A stretch of DNA of 64,000 nt from a virus (IMGVR_UViG_3300021387_002242:2864-66863), one strand, 5' to 3'. Counted from the first letter of the stretch, positions 36,312 to 45,882 are shown. Notes: generated by a model from the letters alone, not told the origin. Program-made: numbers and translations.

Positions 36312-37313
36312 ATGTATCTGAACAAGTACGACATCAAGGGCGAAACCTACGTGAAGCTGGACGAACTGAACGACTTGATAACATCCGAGCGCAAGGCGAT
36401 AGCCAAGAAGATGAAGCAGCGTCATAGAGACGGTGAGGACAACGGTGGATGGGCTATGGCTCATAGCCAGTTGACCGACTTTGGTCGCAAGGTCAACATG
36501 AGCGAGAACGGCGAGAGCTATGTTATTTTCACTCGCGATCAGGATGGTGACTGGGAGTTTCTGTTGGACGTGATCGAATGGGAGAAGCTGCCCGACTACA
36601 TGAAGAAGGCCGCAGCCAAGGCCAAGGCTGAGTGGGTGACATTTGGCACCAGTGAGATCGAAGAAGCAACGCTCTATGACACCTATGAGGAAGCAGAACA
36701 GGAATTGAAGCTGGTGGTTGAAAAGACAGAGAGCGAGAACTGGCACATGACCAAGAAGTGGATGTTTGATACCGAGAAAAACCGAAATGCCCTAATGGCT
36801 TTGTTCTATGACGGCAACGAGGAAAAAACCGTGGATAAAGCCGAGGCTATCAAACAGGCTGAGAGCGCCATCGAGCGCACGAGAACAGCGCTTGATAAGA
36901 CAGAAAAGCTGCTGGGCGAGTTAAAAGACTGGCAGAGCGAAAAGCCGTCAGAAGCGGCAAAGAAGCCGCCCAAGCGCAAGGCAGGCTGCCCTGCTCGGTA
37001 TACAGTCTGGTATCGCACTGATGAGGACACCACTCAGCACTGCATGGGATTTGTGCGGTTTGAGAAGGGCATCCCTGTGTACACTAACCGTCCGTGCAAG
37101 GCAACGTGGTTTACATGGCGTGGCATGGCTGAGAAGGTCGCGGAGAAGTGCGGTGATGGCTTCGAGGTCGTTGATATGTGGAACCAGATGACCAAAGAGG
37201 AACGGTTGCTCCGCGCTATCTTCCACGAGGACGGCATGGACGGCGAGGACGATGAACCTGAGTATCACGGCGACGGAACAAAGGCAGAGAACGAGGACTG
37301 GGAGGATGAATAA
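36312..37313 (+). CDS. hypothetical protein (charged, coiled-coil, acidic tail)
   Basis: RBS aggaggtagcaaccATG. Confidence 0.45.
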   Translation: MYLNKYDIKGETYVKLDELNDLITSERKAIAKKMKQRHRDGEDNGGWAMAHSQLTDFGRKVNMSENGESYVIFTRDQDGDWEFLLDVIEWEKLPDYMKKAAAKAKAEWVTFGTSEIEEATLYDTYEEAEQELKLVVEKTESENWHMTKKWMFDTEKNRNALMALFYDGNEEKTVDKAEAIKQAESAIERTRTALDKTEKLLGELKDWQSEKPSEAAKKPPKRKAGCPARYTVWYRTDEDTTQHCMGFVRFEKGIPVYTNRPCKATWFTWRGMAEKVAEKCGDGFEVVDMWNQMTKEERLLRAIFHEDGMDGEDDEPEYHGDGTKAENEDWEDE

Positions 37314-37634
37314 ATGGCGGTGTGCGCGGTGACCAGCCACGCCGAACATCGAACTCGTGAGCGCGTCGGTATCCATAAAAAGGCTGTCCGACGCGCTGTA
37401 GCCAAGGCAATCACGGAGGGCATAAAGCGCACGGAAACAGAAGGTTGTCTGAGACGATACCTCGACTGGTTGTATTGGCGCGGAAATGGCGGGGCGAACA
37501 ACATAGTGGTCTATGGTGACAAGGTGTACCTGTTTAACGGGGACATACTTATAACGGTGCTGACCGTACCCACTGCTCACGCAAAACAAGTAGCACGGCT
37601 GATGAAGAAACGGAGGAAAGATAATGGGATGTAA
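37314..37634 (+). CDS. hypothetical protein
   Basis: Start adjacent to the upstream stop. Confidence 0.35.
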   Translation: MAVCAVTSHAEHRTRERVGIHKKAVRRAVAKAITEGIKRTETEGCLRRYLDWLYWRGNGGANNIVVYGDKVYLFNGDILITVLTVPTAHAKQVARLMKKRRKDNGM

Positions 37635-37878
37635 TGATGGATACTGCGAGATCAAGAAACAGGACAAATACCCAGAAAAGCGAGATCTGGATGGTGTGTA
37701 TTTCATGATTCAGCGCGACGGCAGATGGGTGAATGTATGCTTCACGGACATGACAGTCGAAGAACGGGAACAGATGACAAAGGACAGGCCGGCAGAGTGG
37801 TGGAGTAGACTGGCGTGGCACCTTGCAGGTAGGCTCCGGTTGTTCGGTGACCATTTCGATATCAAGGGGGAGGAATGA
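37624..37878 (+). CDS. hypothetical protein
   Basis: 84-aa ORF. Confidence 0.3.
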   Translation: MGCNDGYCEIKKQDKYPEKRDLDGVYFMIQRDGRWVNVCFTDMTVEEREQMTKDRPAEWWSRLAWHLAGRLRLFGDHFDIKGEE

Positions 37879-38129
37879 TGGAAAAATCACAGCGCAAAGA
37901 GCATTGGCACACCAAGATACGTTCTTGTCCTTTCTGCGGTGGCCGCGCGGTTTTGGAGAAAAGCCACAGGGCATTTATTGATGCACAGACAACCAGGGTG
38001 GCTTTTGTCAGGTGTACGCAATGCAATGCCAGGTCTGGCAGAGAAAAGCTGGAAGACTACGGATGCACAGCATCGTCAGCAAGCGCAAACGAAAAGGTCA
38101 TAGCGGCCTGGAATCGGAGGGTGAAATGA
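37875..38129 (+). CDS. Zn-ribbon protein
   Basis: CPFCGG...CTQCN. Confidence 0.35.
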   Translation: MMEKSQRKEHWHTKIRSCPFCGGRAVLEKSHRAFIDAQTTRVAFVRCTQCNARSGREKLEDYGCTASSASANEKVIAAWNRRVK

Positions 38130-38341
38130 ACAAGACAGTTATTGAAGCAGCAGAGGTTCGGCGTGACGCGAACGCATACATCAAGGCGAACAGATTCCTG
38201 GAACTGCTCAAAAAGCATGTCTATGAGATAACCACGCATGGGTTCAGGACACTCAGAGGACAGGCGCTTTCTGGCGACCTGGAAGGGGCCAATAAGGGCT
38301 TATGGAAGATACTCGGAAGAACGGACCGACCGCGCAGGTGA
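38126..38341 (+). CDS. hypothetical protein
   Basis: RBS ggagggtgaaATG. Confidence 0.3.
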   Translation: MNKTVIEAAEVRRDANAYIKANRFLELLKKHVYEITTHGFRTLRGQALSGDLEGANKGLWKILGRTDRPRR

Positions 38342-38361
38342 CGGCCAGGAAGGGGCAAAGA

Positions 38362-38889
38362 ATGGCGAGTACGAGGCCGATCAATTTAAAGGACTGGGGC
38401 ATATCATGGGAGGAATACAAAGAGCTGACGTATTTTTGTTTGCAGTACGACAGAAAGAAAGCTGACGCAGCGGCGCTGCTTACAATCAAACTGTCGACGC
38501 CGACACCGGAAGTATATTTCACGGAGCGCAAGGTGACGCTTTCCAACGGGCAGGAAAAGACGATCAAGGTGAAGCATGGAACTTTCATGCCACACGGGAG
38601 TGGACGAACAAGTGATCCGGTGGCAGCGACGGCAGCAAAGAGGGAACGGCTACTCAATGATGTGCGAATGATCGAACAGGCGGCGATGGCTGCCGGCGAG
38701 TTGGACGATGGACACAGTATCTACGCGGAGTTACTCAGGGCGGTTACAACCAGGGCGGGTGTCCAGGCGGTGATGGCAAACCCAGATAGACGGCCTCCGT
38801 GTGGAAAAAATGAGTTTTACGCGGCGCGTCGCAAATTCTTCTGGATTCTTCGGGAGATGAAATGCGGGGACTTGGAACCGATTGCGTGA
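38362..38889 (+). CDS. hypothetical protein (possible late regulator)
   Basis: RBS aggaaggggcaaagaATG. Confidence 0.4.
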   Translation: MASTRPINLKDWGISWEEYKELTYFCLQYDRKKADAAALLTIKLSTPTPEVYFTERKVTLSNGQEKTIKVKHGTFMPHGSGRTSDPVAATAAKRERLLNDVRMIEQAAMAAGELDDGHSIYAELLRAVTTRAGVQAVMANPDRRPPCGKNEFYAARRKFFWILREMKCGDLEPIA

Positions 38890-39013
38890 TTTCTGGCACA
38901 CTAGAAAGGGGGATTCAACTTGCAGATAGTTCCTATAATTATTCGTTGCGGTTTATCGATAGCCGTGGGTGTCATAGTTGGTAAATGGATTTTGAAAAAG
39001 ATAGGAGACTAAA

Positions 39014-39577
39014 ATGGGAGCAAGATGGAAACACTTTAAAACGGTCTGTAAGCATCGGGCTGTAGTATTTTGCGAATGCAAAGCATGTGGAATCGTCTGG
39101 CGTGGGTTGGTGCATGATCTTTCAAAATTCAGCTCGGTAGAGTTTGGGCCATCTGCTAGGTATTTCCAGGGCGACCGAAGCCCAATCGAAATGGAAAAGG
39201 CCGAAAAGGGATATAGTGCGGCGTGGCAGCACCACAAAGGGCACAACGCACACCACTGGGAATACTGGACGTATTTCGACAAAAACGGCAACGTGGTAGC
39301 CAACAAGATACCATACCAGTATGTGGTTGAGATGGTCTGTGACTGGATAGGAGCCGGGATGGTTTACAGCGGTGATAACTGGAACCAGGGCGCTCCGCTG
39401 CAGTATTACATGGATGTGCGACCAGGGCGACACTTTCATCCCGAGACAGAGAAACTGATACTGCGGTTTTTGCTTTGCATTCGAGACGATGGACTAGAAG
39501 AATTCCACAGGATGGCGCGGTGCCAATCGCCGTATTCGTACTTGAGAGTGGATTATGAGGGGGAGTATGTGCCATGA
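39014..39577 (+). CDS. hypothetical His-rich protein
   Basis: WQHHKGHNAHHWEYW His cluster. Confidence 0.4.
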   Translation: MGARWKHFKTVCKHRAVVFCECKACGIVWRGLVHDLSKFSSVEFGPSARYFQGDRSPIEMEKAEKGYSAAWQHHKGHNAHHWEYWTYFDKNGNVVANKIPYQYVVEMVCDWIGAGMVYSGDNWNQGAPLQYYMDVRPGRHFHPETEKLILRFLLCIRDDGLEEFHRMARCQSPYSYLRVDYEGEYVP

Positions 39578-39849
39578 GGTTGATTGACGCAGATCAACTG
39601 CGAGAAAAAATAGGTTTTCACGTTACAACTATGTCGGTGTGCAGCAGCGTAGAAGAAGCAAATGCGAAGCTGTGCATGAAGAATCGCTGCCTAGAGGATG
39701 TCGAGAACGCGCCTACAGTAGACGCTATCCCGGTGGAGTGGTTGAAGGAACAGGCGAAAGACAACTATGACTATTCTGGCACTTTGATACGTGGTTTACT
39801 TAGTGAGTGGTGGAAGGAGCAGAGGGACGGGAATGGGAAAGAAGCATAA
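39574..39849 (+). CDS. hypothetical protein
   Basis: ATGA overlap. Confidence 0.3.
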   Translation: MRLIDADQLREKIGFHVTTMSVCSSVEEANAKLCMKNRCLEDVENAPTVDAIPVEWLKEQAKDNYDYSGTLIRGLLSEWWKEQRDGNGKEA

Positions 39850-40198
39850 GGCACTGATGGCCGAGTGGCAGGAGAGGCTAGGATTGCAGGACTGGCGAAT
39901 CAAGTTGTGCTCGAAATGCACACCTGGGGAAATGGAAATGGAGAACGTGGCTGGTTGTACGATCTGGACGGAATCAATAAAATCAGCGAAAATACAGATT
40001 CTCGACCCGAAATACTACGGGGACAGGATTGTGCCGTTTGATTTTGAGAAAACACTTGTCCACGAATTGCTTCATTTGAAGCTGAGCCTGGTATCCAGCG
40101 AAGTAGACACGCTGCAAGAACGAGTGACACACCAGATGATCGACGACTTAGCCAGGGCATTTGTGAGCGCAAAGAGGGGGGTGGCACAGCATGTGTGA
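39833..40198 (+). CDS. HExxH metallopeptidase-like small protein
   Basis: LVHELLHL motif. Confidence 0.35.
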   Translation: MGKKHKALMAEWQERLGLQDWRIKLCSKCTPGEMEMENVAGCTIWTESIKSAKIQILDPKYYGDRIVPFDFEKTLVHELLHLKLSLVSSEVDTLQERVTHQMIDDLARAFVSAKRGVAQHV

Positions 40199-40571
40199 AT
40201 TCGGGACTGAAACATTAGGCACTATTCCGCGCGGATGGCAATGCCCTATCTGTAAACATGTATATGCTCCATTTGTAGTGGAGTGCATGCATTGTGGGAA
40301 GAACGATAGCAAAGCTGAAGTCATAGTAGACGTAAAACCGGAACAAAAGCTGCAGGAAAAAGATAACGATCTGACAAACACAGGGAATCCAGGATGGGAA
40401 TTGACGTTTAAGACATGCGAGAAATGCGGTGGGAGAATGTTATATAAACTGGATGAGATGCTCACATCACTGCAGCCGAAATGGATATTCAAATGCCGGG
40501 AGTGTGGACATATTCAGTATGAACCGTATAAGCTGTATTACCCGTTAAGTGAGAACAATGAAAAGAATTAG
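40191..40571 (+). CDS. Zn-ribbon protein
   Basis: CPICKHV...CMHCG ... CEKCGG...CRECGH. Confidence 0.4.
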   Translation: MCEFGTETLGTIPRGWQCPICKHVYAPFVVECMHCGKNDSKAEVIVDVKPEQKLQEKDNDLTNTGNPGWELTFKTCEKCGGRMLYKLDEMLTSLQPKWIFKCRECGHIQYEPYKLYYPLSENNEKN

Positions 40572-41162
40572 GGCAACACAATGCACCCGATACGTGTTAA
40601 TATGCAAATGTGCACATCCGGGGCCACGTCGTCCCGGTGCATTATGCGAGCGGTAGATGAATAGTCCCGCTCACAGGTTGTGCTACCCGGGGACTTTCCC
40701 AAAGCGGTGCTCGGGAGCGGGATTTAAACAAAGAGTGTGGGGCTTTACAGTTTTCACCCATACCGCCTCCTTTTCACGTTGGTGGGGACGGGTGAGGCAA
40801 CAAGAAAACAACGCGACACCGGAGCGCGTAATCTCCGGAGACATGCCGTTGCTGGACAGCTTGCGCCCAGGGGAACCGCCTGGACTGGCTCCCGGTTCGA
40901 CACCGGGGACGGCACCACGTGACTTCTGGCATGGGATTTGTCATTGGTCACCTCCTTTCCAGGCTATAAGCCGAGCCGCATACTTCTTGTTGGGCTTTGC
41001 AGATTCACCAGCAAGCGGTATGGGTGCCCGCCTGTCGTCACCGTGTGGTTTGCCGGGACGATCAAAGGCGGGCTAAAAGGGTAAGAGCTTTGCACGCGAG
41101 CCGAGAGGCAGCGAACCACGCAAGGACATTTATACAGGCCAGAGTAAAGATCTGGCCACGTG
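40572..41162 (+). ncRNA. candidate large structured non-coding RNA (ROOL/GOLLD-like?) immediately upstream of the tRNA
   Basis: About 590 nt, GC-rich with many short complementary segments and no credible ORF (the track ORF 40657-41076 is P/G/R-rich and not coding-like); abuts a tRNA in a prophage, the characteristic context of ROOL/GOLLD RNAs. Confidence 0.3.
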
Positions 41163-41238
41163 GGAGATTAGCTCAGTAGGTAGAGCAGCAGGCCGTTAAC
41201 TTGCGCGTCCGGGGTTCAAGTCCCTGATTTCCCGCCAG
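41163..41238 (+). tRNA. tRNA, probably Asn (GTT anticodon), with encoded CCA
   Basis: Cloverleaf folded by hand: acceptor GGGAGAT/ATTTCCC, D-arm GCTC-AGTAGGTA-GAGC, anticodon arm GCAGG-CCGTTAA-CTTGC, T-arm CGGGG-TTCAAGT-CCCTG, discriminator G plus CCA. Position 33 is C rather than U, which is unusual. Confidence 0.65.
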
Positions 41239-41497
41239 CCCAGTATACAATAGGGTTCCAAGTGTAATGCGCCACTTGAACAAAAAGCACGGGTGTCCCG
41301 GGATAATGCTTGTATGCGGCAAAAGCCCGGGCCGATCTTCAGACGTTGTGGGGTAAACAGCGTCCACCAACACAATGCCGGGTAACGCGAGGGTGTTTAC
41401 ACCAGCCCGCGAGGGTGGTAGTCGCGCCGGATTGTTTAGGCGGTTAATGGCGTACAGAGATACGCCGACCGCCTTTTTTCATGCTGTAGGAGGCTCC

Positions 41498-41610
41498 ATG
41501 AAAATCATACAGAAACCAACAGAGCAGCTTATACCTTACGCGGCAAATGCCAAGCTGCATGATGAAACGCAGATCGCAAATGTAGCGAACAGCATAAAAA
41601 ATGCCCCCGA
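41498..41610 (+). pseudogene. 5' remnant of a ParB-like nuclease-domain gene, truncated by a cassette insertion
   Basis: MKIIQKPTEQLIPYAANAKLHDETQIANVANSIK is about 80% identical at nt level to the 5' end of 41986-43272, then diverges into the cassette terminator. Confidence 0.5.
41528..41599. repeat. direct repeat (about 72 bp, about 80% identical, 26-nt perfect core) with 42016-42087, flanking the inserted cassette
   Basis: aagctgcatgatgaaacgcagatcgc core is identical in both copies. Confidence 0.5.
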
Positions 41611-41618
41611 AGGGGGGC
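41593..41618 (-). terminator. terminator of the leftward cassette
   Basis: cccccgaagggggg hairpin with a T-run on the minus strand. Confidence 0.4.
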
Positions 41619-41620
41619 GG

Positions 41621-41896
41621 TTAGCCAACGTTGGGAAGCCGGTAGGGGTAATGCCCGTACAAAGCACGGTAGGCTTCGGTGTATGGCGCGTAGCCGTGGC
41701 CTTCCAGCAGGTACTGCCGGGTCTTTTCCAGCAGGGCGATCATGAACTCGCGGTGCATGGTGACCGTAACCCGCGTCCGAACCTTCATGGGTTCGACTTC
41801 GTACATACCGAAGTCGGTCATGCCGTACTTCTCGGCGACATTGAACAGGGCGGCAAGGGCATCACGGTGAATGTTGAAGGTGATGGTAGACGTCAT
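41621..41896 (-). CDS. hypothetical protein (cassette cargo)
   Basis: 91 aa, downstream of promoter copy 4. Confidence 0.45.
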   Translation of the reverse strand: MTSTITFNIHRDALAALFNVAEKYGMTDFGMYEVEPMKVRTRVTVTMHREFMIALLEKTRQYLLEGHGYAPYTEAYRALYGHYPYRLPNVG

Positions 41897-41927
41897 GGTA
41901 ACAACCCCTTTGCTTTTTGTTGTAAAC

Positions 41928-41975
41928 AGTATAGCATAAAAAATGATGCAAAGTCAAGCTAAGAGTATGATAAAC
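41928..41975 (-). promoter_or_regulatory. conserved leftward promoter/operator element, copy 4 (TTGACT-N18-TATACT)
   Basis: Reverse complement reads gtttatcatactcttagcTTGACTttgcatcattttttatgcTATACT. Confidence 0.55.
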
Positions 41976-41985
41976 GGGGTATGAA

Positions 41986-43272
41986 ATGAACATAGTCAGT
42001 ATGCCAACGGTAGACCTCATACCGTATTCCGCAAACGCGAAGCTGCATGATGAAACGCAGATCGCTAACGTTGCGAACTCAATAAAACGCTTCGGGTGGC
42101 AACAGCCCATAGTGGTAGACGACAACAATGTGGTCGTCATAGGCCATTGTCGTCTGCTTGCGGCGAAGCGGCTGGGACTACAGGAAGTCCCAGTGACGGT
42201 TGCCAGCGGTTTGACGGATGAAGAAATCCGAGAACTGCGAATCGCAGACAATAAGACCAATGAAAGCGCCTGGAACTGGGAAATGCTGGAACAGGACAGG
42301 GCTGGTCTTGCGTTTGACGGCTTCGAGTTCGAGTGGGTGAATCCGGACGGTGAGGAACCGGCATTCGAGGAACCAGAGGCCATAGAGGATAACTTCGACG
42401 AAGAAGATATTCCCGAAGAATCCGACATCAAATACGGCGATGTTTTCCTGCTCGGCCGGCACAGATTGGTCTGCGGTGACAGCACGAATATTGACGACGT
42501 AAAGAAGCTGATGGACGGAGCACAGGCTGATCTGTTCCTGACAGACCCGCCGTATAACGTGGACTACCATGGCAGCACTGGCATGACGATAGCGAACGAC
42601 AGCATGGAGGATAGCGCGTTCAGAGCGTTCCTCACGGATGCTTTCAGTAACGCAAACCTGGTCATGCGTCCCGGGGCTGCTATTTATATATGGCATGCAG
42701 ACAGTGAGGGCTTCAACTTCCGCGCCGCTATGCGTGAAGTAGGCTGGAAGCTGCGCCAGACACTAATCTGGGTAAAGAATGCCCCGGTGCTAGGCCGCCA
42801 GGATTACCTCTGGAAACATGAGCCGGCACTTTATGCGTGGAAGGAAGGAACTCACTACTTCACCAGCGACAGGACAAACAAAACAGTCTTTGACGACAGA
42901 ATCGACATAAAGAAACTCAAGAAGGAAGAAATGAGAGCGCTTCTTGAGAAAATCTTTGCCGACAGAGTGCTGACGACGGTCTTGTACGAGGACAAGCCGC
43001 TGGTGAACGATCTCCACCCAACCATGAAACCGATTCGGCTCATGGCGCGGTTGATTGCCAACAGTTCACAACCCGGGTGGCGGGTGCTTGACTTGTTCGG
43101 TGGCAGTGGTTCAACGCTGATGGCTTGCGAGCAGCTCGGGAGAACATGCTACACTATGGAACTCTCCCCGACTTACTGTTCCGCAATCATAAAGCGCTAT
43201 ATCAAGTTCACCGGCGAGGATGTGTTCTTACTCCAGGACGGAGAAAAAATACAATATATCCCGGAGGATTGA
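41986..43272 (+). CDS. ParB-like nuclease domain fused to an N6-adenine/N4-cytosine DNA methyltransferase
   Basis: N-terminal ParB-N (IPY.ANAK.H...IANSI..FG..QPIVV...VV.GH.RL.AAK.LG); C-terminal DPPY (LTDPPYN) and FGGSGST AdoMet-binding motifs. Confidence 0.75.
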   Translation: MNIVSMPTVDLIPYSANAKLHDETQIANVANSIKRFGWQQPIVVDDNNVVVIGHCRLLAAKRLGLQEVPVTVASGLTDEEIRELRIADNKTNESAWNWEMLEQDRAGLAFDGFEFEWVNPDGEEPAFEEPEAIEDNFDEEDIPEESDIKYGDVFLLGRHRLVCGDSTNIDDVKKLMDGAQADLFLTDPPYNVDYHGSTGMTIANDSMEDSAFRAFLTDAFSNANLVMRPGAAIYIWHADSEGFNFRAAMREVGWKLRQTLIWVKNAPVLGRQDYLWKHEPALYAWKEGTHYFTSDRTNKTVFDDRIDIKKLKKEEMRALLEKIFADRVLTTVLYEDKPLVNDLHPTMKPIRLMARLIANSSQPGWRVLDLFGGSGSTLMACEQLGRTCYTMELSPTYCSAIIKRYIKFTGEDVFLLQDGEKIQYIPED

Positions 43273-43389
43273 GCCGAAGCACCAGGAGGCCGCAAGAAGC
43301 CGTGTGACGGGCCTAGATTTGAGACAAACAAAGAGACGCCCCCGAGCGAACAAGGCGCGTCAGGGGCGAATGTGGGGCACTGTGAGCCT

Positions 43390-43542
43390 TTAGACGGAGA
43401 ACACAACGTTGTTGGTCTGCGTGTTGACGATTTCTACGACGGACGTATCAAATACGTTGCCGAGCAGGTCAGACAGGACGCGGGTCGAGTAAAGGCCGGT
43501 GTATTCGTCGTAGAAGGTAATCTGGATCTGGGAAGCGTCCAT
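43390..43542 (-). CDS. hypothetical small protein (50 aa)
   Basis: RBS aaaggaggattacccATG; below the track cutoff. Confidence 0.3.
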   Translation of the reverse strand: MDASQIQITFYDEYTGLYSTRVLSDLLGNVFDTSVVEIVNTQTNNVVFSV

Positions 43543-43566
43543 GGGTAATCCTCCTTTCGATTGCGG

Positions 43567-43716
43567 TTAGTCGTCTTCGCTGAGAATTCCGAGTTCAACA
43601 GCGAACCAGAAAAAGTCGGCGTTGCACCTCATGCCATTTGGAAGCTCAATGCTGGCTTCGTTCCTCACCTGGTTTTTGAGATACCAGCGACGCCAGCGGG
43701 TGGGGATTGTGTACAT
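43567..43716 (-). CDS. hypothetical small protein (49 aa)
   Basis: RBS gaaaggaaaccg; below the track cutoff. Confidence 0.25.
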   Translation of the reverse strand: MYTIPTRWRRWYLKNQVRNEASIELPNGMRCNADFFWFAVELGILSEDD

Positions 43717-43746
43717 CACGACGGTTTCCTTTCTGCCCTTATGATT

Positions 43747-44010
43747 TCAAGGGTGGGTGAAGTCCAGGCAATCAAGCAATTGGGTGACGGTAGAGCGCGT
43801 CTTGCAGGTCAGATCTTCAACCAGGCTGATCTTGACGGCGATGCTCTTAAAATCGTTACGGATGGCTTCGACGACCTCGCGGGTCGGATATTCTAGGTCA
43901 GGGCAGGAAAAGAAATTCTGGATATCATCGAGCAGAGAAGCGGCTTTCACCATATCCCAATGGATGGTGGTTAAGATGTCTTCGTAGTCGATCTTGATGC
44001 TGGTTGCCAT
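43747..44010 (-). CDS. hypothetical protein
   Basis: 87-aa ORF in the leftward cassette. Confidence 0.35.
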   Translation of the reverse strand: MATSIKIDYEDILTTIHWDMVKAASLLDDIQNFFSCPDLEYPTREVVEAIRNDFKSIAVKISLVEDLTCKTRSTVTQLLDCLDFTHP

Positions 44011-44061
44011 GGTAGTTCATCCTTTCTACCGGGATTATGGCTCCCGGTTGGTCTTGGTTGA

Positions 44062-44400
44062 TTAGGCGGCGGGGGCGATCTGAGTGTCGCTGTAGACGAA
44101 GTAGGACTGAATCCGGGTGCCCTTCTTGGTGGTCGGGTCGGCAACCTCGACCTTGAAGGTGGCCTCGCTGGTGTGTATCACCATACGGCCCAGCGCTTGC
44201 CAACCGGCCCAAGTGTGATACTCTTCTTCGACACCGGCAGCTTTCGCGGCGGCATCGACGATCTCGGCGTTAGCGGCCTGGACCTTGATCCAAGCCCACG
44301 CGGCGCGAAGCGCGTCCGCAAACGTGGCAGCGGCTTTCTTGCTGGCTTTGCGATACAGGCTCCAAGCCTTGTACATCAGCTTCGACAGATCGTACTTCAT
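44062..44400 (-). CDS. hypothetical protein
   Basis: 112 aa; first gene after promoter copy 5; RBS gaaaggagaaacc. Confidence 0.4.
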   Translation of the reverse strand: MKYDLSKLMYKAWSLYRKASKKAAATFADALRAAWAWIKVQAANAEIVDAAAKAAGVEEEYHTWAGWQALGRMVIHTSEATFKVEVADPTTKKGTRIQSYFVYSDTQIAPAA

Positions 44401-44445
44401 GGTGGTTTCTCCTTTCGTTGGTCGGTGCTCTTTCGTTCTGGGTAC

Positions 44446-44492
44446 ATATTACACTGTATAAAGTACAAAGTCAAGCTAAGTGTATGATAACT
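44446..44492 (-). promoter_or_regulatory. conserved leftward promoter/operator element, copy 5 (TTGACT-N17-TAATAT)
   Basis: Reverse complement reads agttatcatacacttagcTTGACTttgtactttatacagtgTAATAT. Confidence 0.6.
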
Positions 44493-44550
44493 CCTGAAAT
44501 TGCGTTGCTATTCTCACCTTGATAAGGTACAATATACTTGAGGTGATTTT

Positions 44551-44781
44551 ATGGCAATGACAGAGGCAAGGAAAAGAGCGAACAAGAAGTGGAACGATGC
44601 TCATATGAAGGAATTTTATGAGCGGGTGACGATGATCGTTCCAAGGGGCCAGAAGAAAACCATAGAGATGCGGGCAAAAGAAATCGGAACAGGACTGAGC
44701 GGGTACCTGAATATGCTGGTAAAGGCCGATCTTGGTGTGTCCGATGATGAATGGAAGGGCATAGACACAAAGCAGCCATAG
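44551..44781 (+). CDS. small DNA-binding-like protein
   Basis: 76 aa, basic N-terminus; RBS-less but coding-like. Confidence 0.35.
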   Translation: MAMTEARKRANKKWNDAHMKEFYERVTMIVPRGQKKTIEMRAKEIGTGLSGYLNMLVKADLGVSDDEWKGIDTKQP

Positions 44782-44912
44782 GGGCTACGGATAAAAGAAT
44801 AGGCAAAAACGAAAAGGACAGACGTAGTGATGCGCTTGTCCTTTTGTTAGCATAAACAGCAAGATAGATGTGGCGATTGCCGATTGACTATAAACGCTAG
44901 GGGGAGTAAGAT

Positions 44913-45677
44913 ATGGGCAGGGGAAGGAGCGGACGGGTAGCGACCCGGTCAGCGTCGAGAGCATCGACAACCCCAAGGGCACAGCAGCGCATGACACCGC
45001 AGGAGCTGGACGACTTCTTCCAGAGGGCGAGCGACAATGACGTAGACCAGATGCATGTTGCATTGAGGCAGGAGCGTATGGATAATGACAACCGCAGCAA
45101 TGATAACGATGTGCAACGATTCTTTCATTATATCGGCTGGTCTGAAAACACGCCGCAGGCTCTTGATGAAACGCAGTTCCAGGCGGCGTGGAATGCTGCA
45201 GGACGTCCTAAAAAGCTGTACCATTCTGATAAAGATGCGGGTGGTGCAACGGCGCAGGATTTTGCACAGCAGTACTTCGGCAATGGCTATGATTTCAGCG
45301 GCAACCGATATCGCCAATATATTAGCAATGGCTATTATGGCGGTGGTACATACTTTGCAGATAGTGCTATAGACTCAAGATATTACGGAACTAACCAGTT
45401 CCGTGGATTTTTGAATAACAATGCCAAAGTAATAAAGGTCGGTAGGCTGCAATCCCAATACAATGCATATGAAGCGGCACATCCCGCGTTTAAACGAATG
45501 ATGTCAAAAATATCCACAGGATACGGTGGCAATGCTGAAAAACTATCGATTTATGCCGCGATGAAGGGATATAACGTTATCGAAGAAGGTAGCGGATACT
45601 ACGTGGTGCTGGATAGAAGCGCGACTACAGTATCCACAAAGACTAGGAGCACAAGAGGCATAAGGAGCAATTGGTAA
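44913..45677 (+). CDS. protein with an MGRGRSGR Arg/Gly-rich N-terminal module (paralog of the ART-like protein; C-domain unassigned)
   Basis: Shares the N-terminal MGRGRSGR...S/T-rich leader with 45948-46787; RBS gggggagtaagatATG. Confidence 0.45.
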   Translation: MGRGRSGRVATRSASRASTTPRAQQRMTPQELDDFFQRASDNDVDQMHVALRQERMDNDNRSNDNDVQRFFHYIGWSENTPQALDETQFQAAWNAAGRPKKLYHSDKDAGGATAQDFAQQYFGNGYDFSGNRYRQYISNGYYGGGTYFADSAIDSRYYGTNQFRGFLNNNAKVIKVGRLQSQYNAYEAAHPAFKRMMSKISTGYGGNAEKLSIYAAMKGYNVIEEGSGYYVVLDRSATTVSTKTRSTRGIRSNW

Positions 45678-45690
45678 GGAGGAACAGAAA

Positions 45691-45882
45691 ATGGCGAAAG
45701 CTACGAATGGACGGGAACGGAGCGATCAGATGATCTGGCTGCGCAGAGCGGCAGAGGGCAAGCTGCCCAGGGTCACGCCGGAGATGAAAAAGGATCTGAT
45801 GGCTAACAAGGAGCTGCGGCAGCTCGCCGTGAAGAACGGTGTGCTCCCGGCATCGAAGCCGGCGAAAATGACCAAGAAGTGA
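45691..45882 (+). CDS. small basic protein
   Basis: 63 aa, K/R-rich; followed by a terminator. Confidence 0.35.
   Translation: MAKATNGRERSDQMIWLRRAAEGKLPRVTPEMKKDLMANKELRQLAVKNGVLPASKPAKMTKK

Noticed and set aside
35877-36746. 289-aa minus-strand ORF
   Set aside because: Antisense to two plus genes with RBSs; no independent support.
40930-40960. cacctcctttc resembling the 16S rRNA 3' end, and the idea of a tmRNA
   Set aside because: Single short match. The adjacent RNA is a complete cloverleaf tRNA with an anticodon arm, not a tmRNA tRNA-like domain, and no tag reading frame was found.
40657-41076. 139-aa ORF in the track within the GC-rich region before the tRNA
   Set aside because: P/G/R/S-rich with no coding periodicity, no RBS and many overlapping frames; better explained as structured non-coding RNA.
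43925-44212. 95-aa minus ORF overlapping both 43747-44010 and 44062-44400
   Set aside because: Overlaps two better-placed genes in another frame; Arg/His/Gly-rich translation.
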